A DNA stretch of 64,000 nt from Hemiscyllium ocellatum (taxonomy: Eukaryota): contig NW_026867487.1 in the NCBI RefSeq assembly GCF_020745735.1, forward strand, positions 3,906,001 through 3,970,000. The letters run 5' to 3'. The notes under the pieces were generated by a model. The model searched no databases. It saw only the letters and a list, made by a program, of their open reading frames with translations, and had not been told where the DNA came from. Shown here piece by piece: positions 51,354-63,044 of this stretch. Numbering within the stretch: position 1 is the stretch's first letter; each line of letters begins with the position of its first letter. A program made the position numbers and the translations under genes.

Positions 51354-54332
51354 AGGCACGGCCCAGCGAATGCCCCTTCTATGCAATTTACTACCCCATT
51401 CTCGCTGTTATTGGCATCACGGATAAGTGATAGGTCTAAATCAAGTGCATTGAATTTATTCTATCAAGATTCAGAGAATATAATTCTTCTTTTTTCCCCA
51501 GCTCACCACACACTGACTGCATGGGATATCAAACGAACTCTTTAATATGCATGCATCATATATAATATTTGAAGATATTAAATCATTGTTCTTCTTTAGA
51601 TTATCTGGAATTGCGATGTTGTATTACAAAAATATGCTGCACAATGAAAGAAAAAGTGTGTACTTAAGGTCCAAAATATTAATTGCATTTTATGTCTCTC
51701 ATGAAATTTAATCGGTTATATTTATGATTCATTTTTTGAATTCGAATTTTTTCACATGCCTTCTGATACTTGAGTGTTTAGATGGAAGCTCAGTGCATAC
51801 CTTTGTCACAAATGCAGTTACAGTCAGAGAGTTTTTTGAGTTTTGAAAGATTAATTATCAGCAAACAACATCATCTCAGATACAGATGTGCATCCAGAAA
51901 TTATGGTAATCTACAGCATGAAATCTGGAAGGGAATAGTTACATTCTACTGCGTGAATACTATTATATTCATAATGTGGACTATAATAGTCTGGATACAT
52001 TAAGAACATCTTTGGAGTAAAGTAAGAAACGTGAGTGATAGGTGAGCAGTAATTATTCATCTACAATGCTCATGTTTTATTGTATAAGTGGATTTTTACT
52101 TGTACTTCGACGTATTTCCAATCTTTGACTCTCCCTACTTTGCACTTGATGATATGTGTGGGGCACTTCAGGCTTTGTTTTCTTGAAACACTGGAATACG
52201 TCCAGTAGAAATGATATGCAGCTGGGTTAAAAAAACCATCACTGAAAAACATAGAAATATCAGTGAACACTGCAAAAACCTTGACCCAAGAGACGAGCAT
52301 AGTGAAGTAGAATGGACATACCATACTGTTGTGTACAGACATTCTGTGAGTCGGTAGTTCATTGCTAACATACGTTCAATCGATAGATTAATCTCAGGAA
52401 TACACATAAAGTCAGAATTGGAAATAGACTAAGATCTCATGATAGTTTACATTTTTGTAGGGTCAGGTGCACTGAAACAGTAGAGACAAATGAAAACATG
52501 AAAGATGACAACAAGATACTGGACGTAAAGGGAGATGTTACCACACCACGAGAAAATGTAATTCAGTGAGGGTAGACATGATGAATGAGCAAGACTTGGT
52601 TTTGACATATACAAGAAATGTTTGATTTTCAGATGAACTTAAGTCATTTAAGAATGTAAAATGGAGCACAATCCGACAAAAAAAATGTCAAAACTGCTGT
52701 GAGTTTATACTCGCCATAATTTAGCCAAATCATAGACTTGCATGATCATTAGATGGGGACGACTGATGGTGGCATCAGCTGAGGGTCACCACGTCCCAGA
52801 CGAGGGCAGAGGTTGAGAAGGAATTAACCTCAACCAGTGTGCGAATCTCACTCACTTGGTGGTATCTTCTGCATTGAACCCGTCCATCCAGTCAACTCAG
52901 CTAGCTGCACTATGGTTGTTAAATACCAGTATTATTGTTTCATGCTGTGCAAGGTATAATGAGACATTGACCTCATTTCGTGCTGTTTTAGGATGTTATA
53001 ATCATATAGTTTTGTTGCTTGTGACCCATAAATTTAATTGGAAAAATACTCGTCATACAGNNNNNNNNNNNNNNNNNNNNNNNNNNNNNNNNNNNNNNNN
53101 NNNNNNNNNNNNNNNNNNNNNNNNNNNNNNNNNNNNNNNNNNNNNNNNNNNNNNNNNNNNNNNNNNNNNNNNNNNNNNNNNNNNNNNNNNNNNNNNNNNC
53201 TCAGTGAACAGTGGAGCAGTAAAGGATTTCAATGTCAATGATCTTGGTAAATGTTTAATCCAGTGCTGGAAGTCGAATAAGTAACACTGGTGTTGATAAC
53301 TGGCCTCTTCAGGTGCTGATTGAAGGACCAGAATACTTAGAATAACAGGTTTCAGAAAGTGACTGCTTAGGAACTGGTGTTTAGAGCTGGCTTAATAACA
53401 TCTCAGCCTTTCCATCTCTGGCAGCTAACTTGATGGCGATCATAAACCTAGCATGAGGGCGGTGCAGTCTTTTGCGTTGTATCACAAGTTACCTGGTGGC
53501 AATAGCAGCGGCTGATTTCCTTGTCATTATTACTGCCGTGATTCTCAACAGGATTGGACGTATTTTTTCCAGCTATAGCTTCCTTTCTACCACATGTGGA
53601 TGCACCATTACTGCTGTCCTGGTGTATGTCAGCCAGGATGGCTCAGTCTGGTTGACAGTGGCCTTCACCACTGACCATTTTGTAGTCATCTGCTGCCAAA
53701 GCTTTAAGATGAGATACTGCAATGAGAAAACTGCGACACTGGTCATTGGAATTGTCTCCTCCCTCAGTTGTATTAAAAACATCCCTATTTTCTTCATGTA
53801 TAAGCCCTTGTATAGACTGGATGGTTTTTCTTGGTTCTGTGACATAAGGTCTGTCTTTTACACGTCACTCGTCTGGAAAAGCTATGATTGGTTGGATCGA
53901 ATATTAACTCCATTTCTCCCGTTTCTCCTTATTCTATTGCTTCACACCCTCACCATCAGATATATATTAGCAGTAAGTGCAGCACGCAAGAGACTGTGAG
54001 GTGCTGAGAGTGGTTCAGATTCAGAGATAGCCAACCATAAGAGATCCATTGTTTTGCTTTTTGCCATTTCGCTCAGCTTCCTCCTTCTATAGGTCACGTA
54101 CGTTATACATTTTATCTACGTAAGGGTTAGAGGAGAGGGCTACTTGAACACCCTTGATTTCACCGACCCTTGATTTCAGTACATCCTTCAAGAAACTACA
54201 ATGATACTTCAGTTACGCAGTTCCTACAACAATGTGCTCATCTATGCCGTATCTCAGGCCTAATTCCGACAGGAGTTGAAATATTTGATACTCTTTCCCT
54301 TCACTACTGTTATTGGACGCTTCAAGTGGTGA
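51354..54332 (+). pseudogene. GPR139/GPR142-like GPCR pseudogene, tandem paralogue of 43035-45104
   Basis: Exon 1 at 51354-51422 has ATG changed to AGG, a 1-nt deletion and the donor GT changed to AT (…FYAIYYPILAVIGIT). Exon 2 from 53425 has stops at 53454, 53997 and several later positions, DHF in place of DRF, and ends NNVLIYAVSQA*FRQELK...W* at 54332. Confidence 0.9.
53061..53199. other. Assembly gap (N run) in the GPCR pseudogene intron
   Basis: Direct reading. Confidence 1.
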
Positions 54333-55479
54333 AAATGAACGAATTTGTTTTCATGTTTTAAATTTGACAGTACTCTCTCTGACAGCACTTTCTCACCTAT
54401 TTAAGTCAGAAATACTGTGTTCAAGTTTCCTAATTTGGGGAATGTGTGACTCATTCTCAAATTGTCACAGTCCACTGTTTCGAAAACTGCAAGAGTATTG
54501 GACCACCAGATTTGAGAATCCTGTATAAGATGCCAAAACACATTTTGCACCCACCCTTTCAGCTGCCATAATAAACACGAATTTTTATCGATGGCAGACG
54601 GCAAATATTTCACTGTTTCCACTGGAAAGGCTTTTGGCAATAATTCACTCTTGGCACTGAATCCCATCTCTTGCTGCTGTATCTCATTGAATTTGTGGAA
54701 TACATCTCTGTGCAAACGTGTAACTGCAATCCCTGATTTAATCACAACATTATTAAATTGATGTTACTACATTGTAGGCGTTCATGAAATCACGAAGGCA
54801 TTGTATAAAGGTCTGTTTTCTGAAGTCCCTCTCATCCTTCCTTCCTTCGTTTCTTCCTTCCTTCATTCATTCTTTCTTTCCTTCCTTTCACTCCTACTTC
54901 ATTTACTTAGTTCCACTTTTATTCTTCATCCTGCCTTAATTCCCGTTTTTCCATTTCTTTATTTCAACCTTTCACTTTGCTTTTTTTTATTTTTGTTTCC
55001 TCTTTTTCCTTAATACTAAGATAATTTGACTTAATTCTCGAATATGCACAGATCATGACACAGGTAATTGCATTCATTAAATCCGTATTGATAAGTCAAA
55101 CTTTGACATGGTCACGTTTTCTCCCGGTGTAAGAAGATTTTCATTCCGACCTCCCTATTCTTGAAATGCAGACATGAATAAACAATGAGTCAGTACATGA
55201 ATCAAGAAGAATGACTATTGTGAGATTGGTATGCAGATTATCCGAAAAATGTGCAGAGCAGTCCGCTATCCATCTTGCAAAATAGCTTATTTCACAAGTT
55301 ATTGTTATGCATCAGAGATAGAGTGTAAGGTTTGCTCAGAGGCGTCAATTAAAATCGTTAAATAGATTCTCTGTCTGTATAACTCAATGTGTTGAGCTCT
55401 CTGTCACCTAAATCAGAGCTAAGTGTATTCCAGATGTTCAACCAAGGTAATATGTTGCCCATAATCTAGCAGCAGCTTC

Positions 55480-56730
55480 CTATTGCATGTACTGAGGGGG
55501 ATGCTTAACCACCAGAGATTTCATCTGTCTATGATGAATATCTGGCACCCGAAATGGTTTGTAAAACATTATGGCAAATGCGTTTTGATCTCTCAATGTC
55601 ACGTGCCATCATTACATGTGGGGAAACCTCCCATTGTGTACGTGGCAGGTACTCATGCGATTCAGCCAACGTTGTCTATCTTAAATGCTGCAGGCAAAAA
55701 TGCCCTGAGGCATTGTTCATTCTCGAGACCAAGCAAAGACATTCGAATGAATGGACGCCACTCAACAATCGTCAGAAGCGTTCCCTCCCAGTTGGTGAAC
55801 ATTTCGACCTCCGACCATCGGGTGATCGTGCTCCAAGGCGGACTTTGGGACAGGCAACAACGTAAAGTGCTCGAGCCAAAGCTGATTGCAAAGGTTAGTA
55901 CCCATGAGAATGGCCTCAACTCACACGGTGGGTTCATGTCACAGTACAAGTGACCCCTCTGCATTACACACACACAAACACAAACACAAAAGACCAACAC
56001 ACAGACGCACCTACACATGCACACTCCGACACACAATCCGACAGACGCATGAACTCACGCAGACCCTCTCTCATACGCTCAAACATACACTCCCATACTC
56101 ACACACATGCACATCCTGTCACACACTAATACACCTTTACTACCACTCTCTCTCTCACACGCACACACCCTGTCACAGACATTCATAACTGCCAAACACA
56201 CATGTGTATACCCACATATAAGCTTGTAGGGTGAATTTGTACTTGCAGATTTCTATATTAGTTTGCACAAAAACTGCATTAATCAATGTAAGATTATGTA
56301 AATTTGTTTAAAAAAAAGATTAGAGTCAGCCTGAACATTGTGGCACAGACAATCTCACACAGTACACCTCACAGCTTAAATGCATTATTTGGGCCAACAT
56401 GACACCAATTGTTAACGAGCACTTGAGAATGTAACTTTAAAAAAGTTCTGAGACTTACATATGAAAGAACTGAAACAAACATGTTATTCTAAAACATAAG
56501 AGACTTAACAAAGAGTCCAGGTTTCTTTCGATACATAAGTTTGTTTGATTCACACTGTACACTTTTGCTGTACGTTCTGTGTCTTATGAACTTATACTCC
56601 ACAACTTCCTGATGAAGGAACAGCACTCCGAAAGCTAGTTGTTCCAAATAAACCTGCTTGACAATAATTTCATGTTGTGTGATTTTAAACTTTGTACACA
56701 TCAATTCAACACCAGCATGTTCAAATCAGT
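55480..56730 (+). mobile_element. Penelope-like element 3' portion: GIY-YIG endonuclease, CA-rich tract and 3' repeat (second family)
   Basis: VRGRYSCDSANVVYL...CPEALFILETKQR, LPVGEHF, VIVLQGGL...EPKLIAK...GLN in shifting frames. CA-rich low-complexity DNA lies at about 55965-56215, and the 3' repeat matches the 26.4-26.7 kb copies. Confidence 0.88.
56601..56642 (+). ncRNA. Minimal hammerhead ribozyme motif
   Basis: CTGATGA (56609-56615), A, GGAACAGCACTCC, GAAA (56630-56633), GC, TA. The core is intact, helix II is reduced to 3 bp, and helix I is possible only as ACAAC/GTTGT with a bulge. Confidence 0.5.
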
Positions 56731-56746
56731 CCATCCTGATGGGCTT

Positions 56747-57348
56747 ACATGCTTACTTCAAGTAACTGGTGTACAAGTACATCGAGGATTCGTGCACACT
56801 TCACTCTTTTGAAATGCATGTACATGTTTAAGAATGGTGCCTTTCAAGACTACTTTAATCTCAGGGGGCTGTTCAAAGAGTTTGGCATTAGGTTTCCTGG
56901 GCAAAAAAACATGAAGTGATTGCAATACACAATTTAATGGCATGAAATGACTTGCAATAGTACTCCAAATTGGTTAAGAAATCAATAATTACCTCATTTA
57001 TAAATTTGTTAAAATACTTGGTTACATTAGAATCATTAACAATTATCCTCTCAACAGTAAAACTAATGCATAAATTAATCTGATGCAAACAACAGGGAAA
57101 GACTGGTAAAGTGGCACACATGGTAATGTTATCTTGGATTTCGGACCTCATCATTAGTTTCACTTTCGGGGTCAATCACTTCATGTTTTTTACCCAGGAA
57201 ACCTAATGCCAAACTCTTTGAACAGCCCCCTGAGATTAAAGTAGTCTTGAAAGGCACCATTCTTAAACATGTGCATGCATTTCAAAAGAGTGAAGTGTGT
57301 ACGAATCCTCGATGTACTTGGACACCAGTTACTTGAAGTAAGCCATGT
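56747..57348. repeat. Long inverted repeat: about 176-bp arms around a 250-bp spacer
   Basis: 56747-56922 is the reverse complement of 57173-57348 with about 5-6 differences. Confidence 0.92.
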
Positions 57349-57774
57349 TTTGTGAGGCACAGGCAACACATGCTTTGTAGTAAGCCAATGGGTCACAACG
57401 ATGTGCATCATATTGACACATGAACGAGTTCAGTTTTAATTAATGTCATCCAGGGTTTTGCATTTGTCAACATTTGTTATTTGGTTGCCATTTTCAGCAA
57501 ACCCAAAAGCGGATGGTATTCCAAAGTTCTGGACAGGTGCTCCACTGATGCATAAAAAGAAATTCCTGTGATTTTTCTCATGATTTAAGAACTCGCAACA
57601 GGACCAGGATTGCAAGAGGCTGTAAAAGCTTGGGCTTTTTTTTTGTGCCTGGAGCACGCAAGCCGTGATGAGTTCTTGTCGATGTTCACCAGATAGGGTG
57701 AATAGACATGGTAATTTTTTTCCAGAATGTATGGGAGCCCGAAAAGGAAGGGCATGGATTTGCAATGAAAACGT

Positions 57775-58085
57775 ATAAATGGATGTAGGCTTGCTCCAGA
57801 GTGGAAGGTTCATGTTCAGACGTTTCATCACCATTCTAGTTAACATCTTCAGTGAAACTCCAGACAAATAATTGCTGATGATTTCTGCTTTCTATTTATA
57901 TGCTTGGGTTGGTGATGTCATTTCCTATGATGATGGCATTTCCTGTTCTTTTTCACAGGGGGTGGTAAATCTGGTCCAAGTTATTGTGTTTGTTGATACA
58001 GTTCCGGTTGGAATGCCATGCTTCGAGGAATTCTCGTGCGTGTCTCTGTTTGGCTTGTCCTAGGATGGATGTGTTGTCCCAATTG
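57775..58085 (-). mobile_element. Penelope-like element 3' end (same family as 34458-34812) with hammerhead motif
   Basis: NWDNTSILGQAKQRHAREFLEAWHSNRNCINKH. The hammerhead at 57856-57815 reads TTCA-CTGAAGA-T-GTTAAC-TAGAAT-GGTGAT-GAAA-C-GTC-TGAA. Confidence 0.85.
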
Positions 58086-59574
58086 ATTGTTACAGACAAG
58101 TTGCACTAAGGGTCTGTTTCCAATCCGGATTCCCTCATGACGCCCTAACACTGGCTGCAATTATAACTGACTTAAGAGCCATAACCTGAATAGGATTTGT
58201 GTCTAAAATGTTGTTTGAGCTCTACCCTCTGGCTCTTCCCTTCTTGCCTTACAAGAATCCAATTAATGATCCCAATTCTTCGAATTTTTGTTTTGCAGTG
58301 ACAGAGAATAGAGAATATGCTACCGACACTTATCCTCCCATCTCTTTTCCTTTCTCCACTGGATCTCGGAAGAGAGCATTGGAAGAGTATTCAAACATCC
58401 GAAGGCAATGTGTGGACAATTCCCGGTAACGAGAGATGAATATCAGCAGCGAATGAAGAGCAATCTGTCCTGCATCCTCCCACTGTGGACCAACCAGAGC
58501 TCTGTAAAGATGAAGTAAAATTTCCCTCTTGCATGCAGCAGACTCTGTACGAACTGGGATAGCAGGTGAAATGCTGTAAGTATGAACTCTGAATTAGGTG
58601 GTTCCGCTTCCACATTATTTTGAAGAAAAATTGACGCAAAATCAGTTTTGAATGTTAATAAGAACTGCGAATCGTGTGAATTAGAGGCAAACTTAAAAAT
58701 TGCTGGGAAAACTCAGCATGACGCGCAGCATATGAATCGAGAAATCAGAATTTACGTTTCGAGGCGAGTGGTCATTCCTCAGAACGAATTGTAAGGAAGT
58801 GCTGCTCGACCCGAAATGTTAAATCTAATTCATAAATTTAATATTATTTTTAACAAGCCCTTCTTTAAAGGAATCTAGTGTCTAACTTTTGAATACACAA
58901 ACTATCTGACTATGCGTTGAGATATTTCTGTGAGAATCAGTGTGCATTATTGCATGTATTAATGTGTGCTTTTCTATGCTTGTGTCTGTGTGTGCGTAAG
59001 TGTGTGTATGCCGTATGTCTCTGTCTGCAACAGGACACAGTACTTTTTTTTCCTGGAAGGTAGATTGATTGAATGAGTTAAAAGCTGATGATCGTGGGCT
59101 CACAATCTCTCTCACTGTCTGTCTGCCTCTCTGCCCCTTTTGCGTGTAAAGTTTTTAAAGATACAATGTCATCTTCTGGTGCCCTCGCCATACTAATACA
59201 GGCTACATTTTTCCAGGAAGATCATGAAAGTCTGTGAACCTCTCAGGTTAAGCAATTGTTTCATTCTTCTGACGCTGTCTTTTTGAAGCCAAGCAGCAGC
59301 ACAAATCAGCATCTAAACTGACAGCAGCGTCAAATCAGCGTCAGCACAGTCAGATGTTAAAGAGGCAGTCTTATTTAACTGGACAATACAGAAACCGGTT
59401 TAATGTATTTATCAAAACTTTAAGCAATTTAAAGCCCTTCATGAAAAGTTCCATTTTATGAATGGATATGTATCTACCATCTAAACTTGTATGCGATAAT
59501 CGTATGAACTCTCTGCTTTGACTAGAGCTCACATCGATTTAAAACTTTATATGTTGTCTTGTATTTCTGTTTCA

Positions 59575-59975
59575 TAGAAACATAGAAGCGTAGAACATAG
59601 GAGCACGAAGAGCCCAATTGGCCTTCGAGCCTTCTCCAAAATGCATTATGATCATGGCTGATCATTCTACTCAACAGCTGATTCCTGCTTTCTCCTAATA
59701 ATATGCGATACCATTTGCCTCAAGTGTTTTACTAACTGCGTTTTGAATACATTCATTGCTTTTTGCATGCAATGTTTCCAACCTTAATCAACTCCAGAGG
59801 CTCATTGCTCATTGTGTGAAGATTTGTTTCCACTTCTCCGTCCGAAATGGCTCTGACCGCTGGTTCTCTAGATGCACATCATCGGGAGAATCGTCCCTGC
59901 AACTATCCGACCCATTCCTGTAGAAATTTTAAAAGTCTCAATGAGATTCACACCCATTCGTCTTCTATTAGTAAA
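59575..59975 (-). mobile_element. CR1-type LINE 3' end
   Basis: The + strand CATAGAAACATAGAA...GGCCTTCGAGCC...GATCATGGCTGATC is a typical reverse CR1 tail. Confidence 0.65.
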
Positions 59976-60784
59976 TGATCATAACTCCGAATATTGATCT
60001 TACTTATATTGACGTTGACCCTCAGCTTCTCTTTCTGTTTTACTGCACTCAATCACACGACATTTATTCGTTTACATAAGGAAGCAAAAGCAGGTAACCC
60101 TCAGCTGATTAGATCAACTTCTGTAATTGAGGATAAGTATATGGAGTCTCTAATAATGGATGGCACAGCAGAACATTCAGAAATCCATAATAATTGAGCA
60201 GAGTCAGTAAGTCTTCATTGGAGGAACGAATGAACATGAAATTTTACCTGCCAAGTATTGAGGAATCATTGGAGGAGGTAAGAAGCAGGATAGGTGAAAG
60301 GAAATGAGACATTGTGATATATTTGCATTTCGGGATGACATTTACCAAATACTGACTAATGAAAGTCCGTGTACGTGGAGATCTATGTGAGAGGACTGGC
60401 TAACGAAAATCATATGTTCAATCCAGTATAGCAGGTATTATTACTTACTGAATGCACTGTCAAATAAATGAGGTAGTGAGAAAGGAACAGTCTCCCTTGG
60501 GAATCAAAACGTAAACCTCAAGACAAACATCACAAGAGGAGCCCTCGAAAAAGATATGTTGATGGCTTTCAAAGCTTACAGTCATGCAGTCGCATTCATT
60601 TAAAACCAGATGGAATGATTGTGTCATTTTAGCTACAAGAGCAAGTGCTCAAAAAGCTTTGACACTATAATCCTGTCAACCGCAAGCCAAACTGTTTCCC
60701 CTTGTTCATCAATATGAACACACGTGCACACAAACAGTAAGACACATGAGACAAGAATAAGAGAAGCAAAGGAAATTACAACTG

Positions 60785-60975
60785 AAAACAAGTAACGCTG
60801 GACGTCACAGCGGGTCAGGCAGCATCCAACGAGTGAGACAGCAAATTAAAGTTTCGCATGTCGATTCCTCTTTATGACCACCTAATGAAGAAGCATCTAG
60901 ACTCAAAACGTTGGATTGCTTTCTCTCCAAGGATGCTGCCTGATCCGTTGTGATCTTCATCATGTATTGCTTTCA
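60785..60975. mobile_element. Palindromic head-to-head pair of short Penelope-derived elements
   Basis: The left arm ...GGTCAGGCAGCATCC...GTTTCG and the right arm CAAAACG...GGATGCTGCCTGATCC... are approximate reverse complements. Confidence 0.7.
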
Positions 60976-61039
60976 GTACGCATTCCTGCAACTGCAGTAA
61001 TTTGGTTCAGAAATGGAATTCTCAAAATCATTTGCTGAC

Positions 61040-61420
61040 ACATGAACAAAAAAAAGTGCTGTAGGGGAATAGGACTAAACAGAGACAAAACAAAGGCTAT
61101 ACACATGTATACAGGGGACATGGCTGAGTTGTAAAATCAATGCTTTGCACCTCTACATACTGTCTGGTTTAGAATTAACAGAAATTGTCCATGAATTTGT
61201 GAGAGAGGAGGAAATTGTCTTCAGAAATAATGAAGACGATATCCTGGGCAGATTTTCAGTCAGGCCAGATAAAACACATGCAGGGATTTTGAAGAAAATG
61301 GGGGTAGAAATCTTGGGCCCACTGGTAATTGGATTGGGTGGTGGGGGGAGGAAAATTGCTTTTAGCCTTTTCTGGATGCGGCAAGATAGCAGAATTGAAT
61401 TTTCGCCCTTTTAAATAAAT
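61040..61420 (+). mobile_element. CR1-type LINE ORF2 fragment
   Basis: ORF track reads RPDKTHAGILKKMGVEILGPL (compare GPDGLHPRVLKEVAxEIxxPL). Confidence 0.55.
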
Positions 61421-61469
61421 GGGGCCAGACCGCTTCAGTTTCTCCAGCTTGTTGGTTTTAGCGGTATGA

Positions 61470-61488
61470 TAGCGTCATCTGGTGGACA
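61470..61488 (-). promoter_or_regulatory. CTCF-binding motif (one core mismatch)
   Basis: The minus strand reads TGTCCACCAGATGACGCTA. Confidence 0.6.
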
Positions 61489-61507
61489 CTAGGTGCAACT
61501 CCTAACT

Positions 61508-62029
61508 TTGATTTCTGGCGTCCTCTCAGTCTCTTCAGTAACGTGGGATCCATGAAAGACAGATACACCGTGCTGTGTTGGAAAAGAAAATCGCCGATTT
61601 TTAAAGCAGTTATTTTGTTTAACTTCTACAAATTGACAGAGTGCCATCCCGGTAAAGCTGGAGACTTCTTTTTACCTCCTCGCCTTCCCCACCTTCCCAT
61701 TGCATAACGCAACTCCCTCAGCATTCGTGCTATATGTCTTAAATGAATATCCTGGAACTTGCCGCAGTTTCAGGATGTAACAGAACAGATTGGAGTGTTC
61801 TATGTAGTCAAGTATGGTCAGTGAAAGTTTGCACCGATTCTCTCTAGGACCAATAATTCAGATTGGATTTGAAACACAGAATCTTTGCCGTTCATTTCTT
61901 TAATGCAGATAGAAACTCTCTCTAAATTGCAGCAATAAATTGAATAACTGGACGATTCACTTATTATTTTAAAACAGATTCGCCAGACAACAGGAAGATC
62001 GTTGTCAGTAATGAAATTCGAAAGTACAT
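61508..62029 (-). pseudogene. TCR alpha/delta V pseudogene (family B)
   Basis: Leader 62029-61984 MYFRISLLTTIFLLS with a GC donor. The exon from 61897 reads MNGKDSVFQIQSELLVLE...FH*, then NLFCYIL, then NKITALKIGDFLFQHSTVYL. RSS is CACGTTA (61545-61539), 22 nt, AGAAATCAA (61516-61508). Confidence 0.8.
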
Positions 62030-63044
62030 GGCGTCTGGTTAAGACTAAACAAAAATTGACAGAACCTTCTGCTGTATCTGATTTCAAAGCATAAATCAGA
62101 CAGGAAACAGATATAACTTCCTGAGAGAATACGTTTCTTTCTGAGGCAACGTTGGCTTCTCTGTCATAGGTGGTGACAGCTATGTTGCAGTAGCCGTTAA
62201 TTTTCTCTGATTCACTTTTCTGCCTTTCTCAGTATTTCCGCCTCTTTGTCTGGATCTGTCTCTGATGAGACAATCTCTTCTTGAATTATACATCCACTTT
62301 TCTATAACATACATGACAGTAAATTCTGAATAAATAATCCAGTGAGGGAATACCGAGTTTGAACAAGCATAAATTGGATCCATCAGCAGGCAGCGTGAAA
62401 ACGATGTCGAATTTTCACTTTGACATTGGATTGAGTGTTAACCAAGAAACATTACTTCCTTTTATTTTAAACCCAATAAACATAGCGATCAATCATCATA
62501 GCGACAGCACACTAAATATAAACTGGCTAAGTATGGCAAGGGAATAACAAGGCAACACACAGTTTGAGGGAAAGCCAAGAGAAGATTCATGACTTCCGAC
62601 ATAGCGAGTGAGCAGATAACAAGTAAGAATGCCAAATTTAGTAATTTCCAAATTATGATACATTTTACAGCTAGAAATGCGTCTAAGGTGAACTTTCCAT
62701 GAAGCATGTAATCTACCAGGACATTTTGCGAGAGAAGGAAGACAATTGGATTTACATACACAGAAAAGTATAGAGAGGAGGAGTTTAACTTCAGTGAAGA
62801 TTTCAATAGGCTTATGCTTGGAGATGGACAATCGTTGAGTATCACATTAAATGATGTCCGGTGGTAACATCGCATACTAAGGCGGTTGTTAAGAATGCTG
62901 ATTTTAGTGTCTCATTGGATGTGGAAAATGTTGTAATCTCCCCTCTGCTCTCCCATTACTATCATTGACAGTCCTGGTATGGACAGCGATCCTGATCTGG
63001 TAACCACAGCTTGATTGATTCCCCTCCTGTCCGTCTTCATCATC

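Noticed and set aside
59994-60197. SFCFT...RLHKEAKAGNPQLI as a V relic
   Set aside because: No Trp, no YYC and no RSS.
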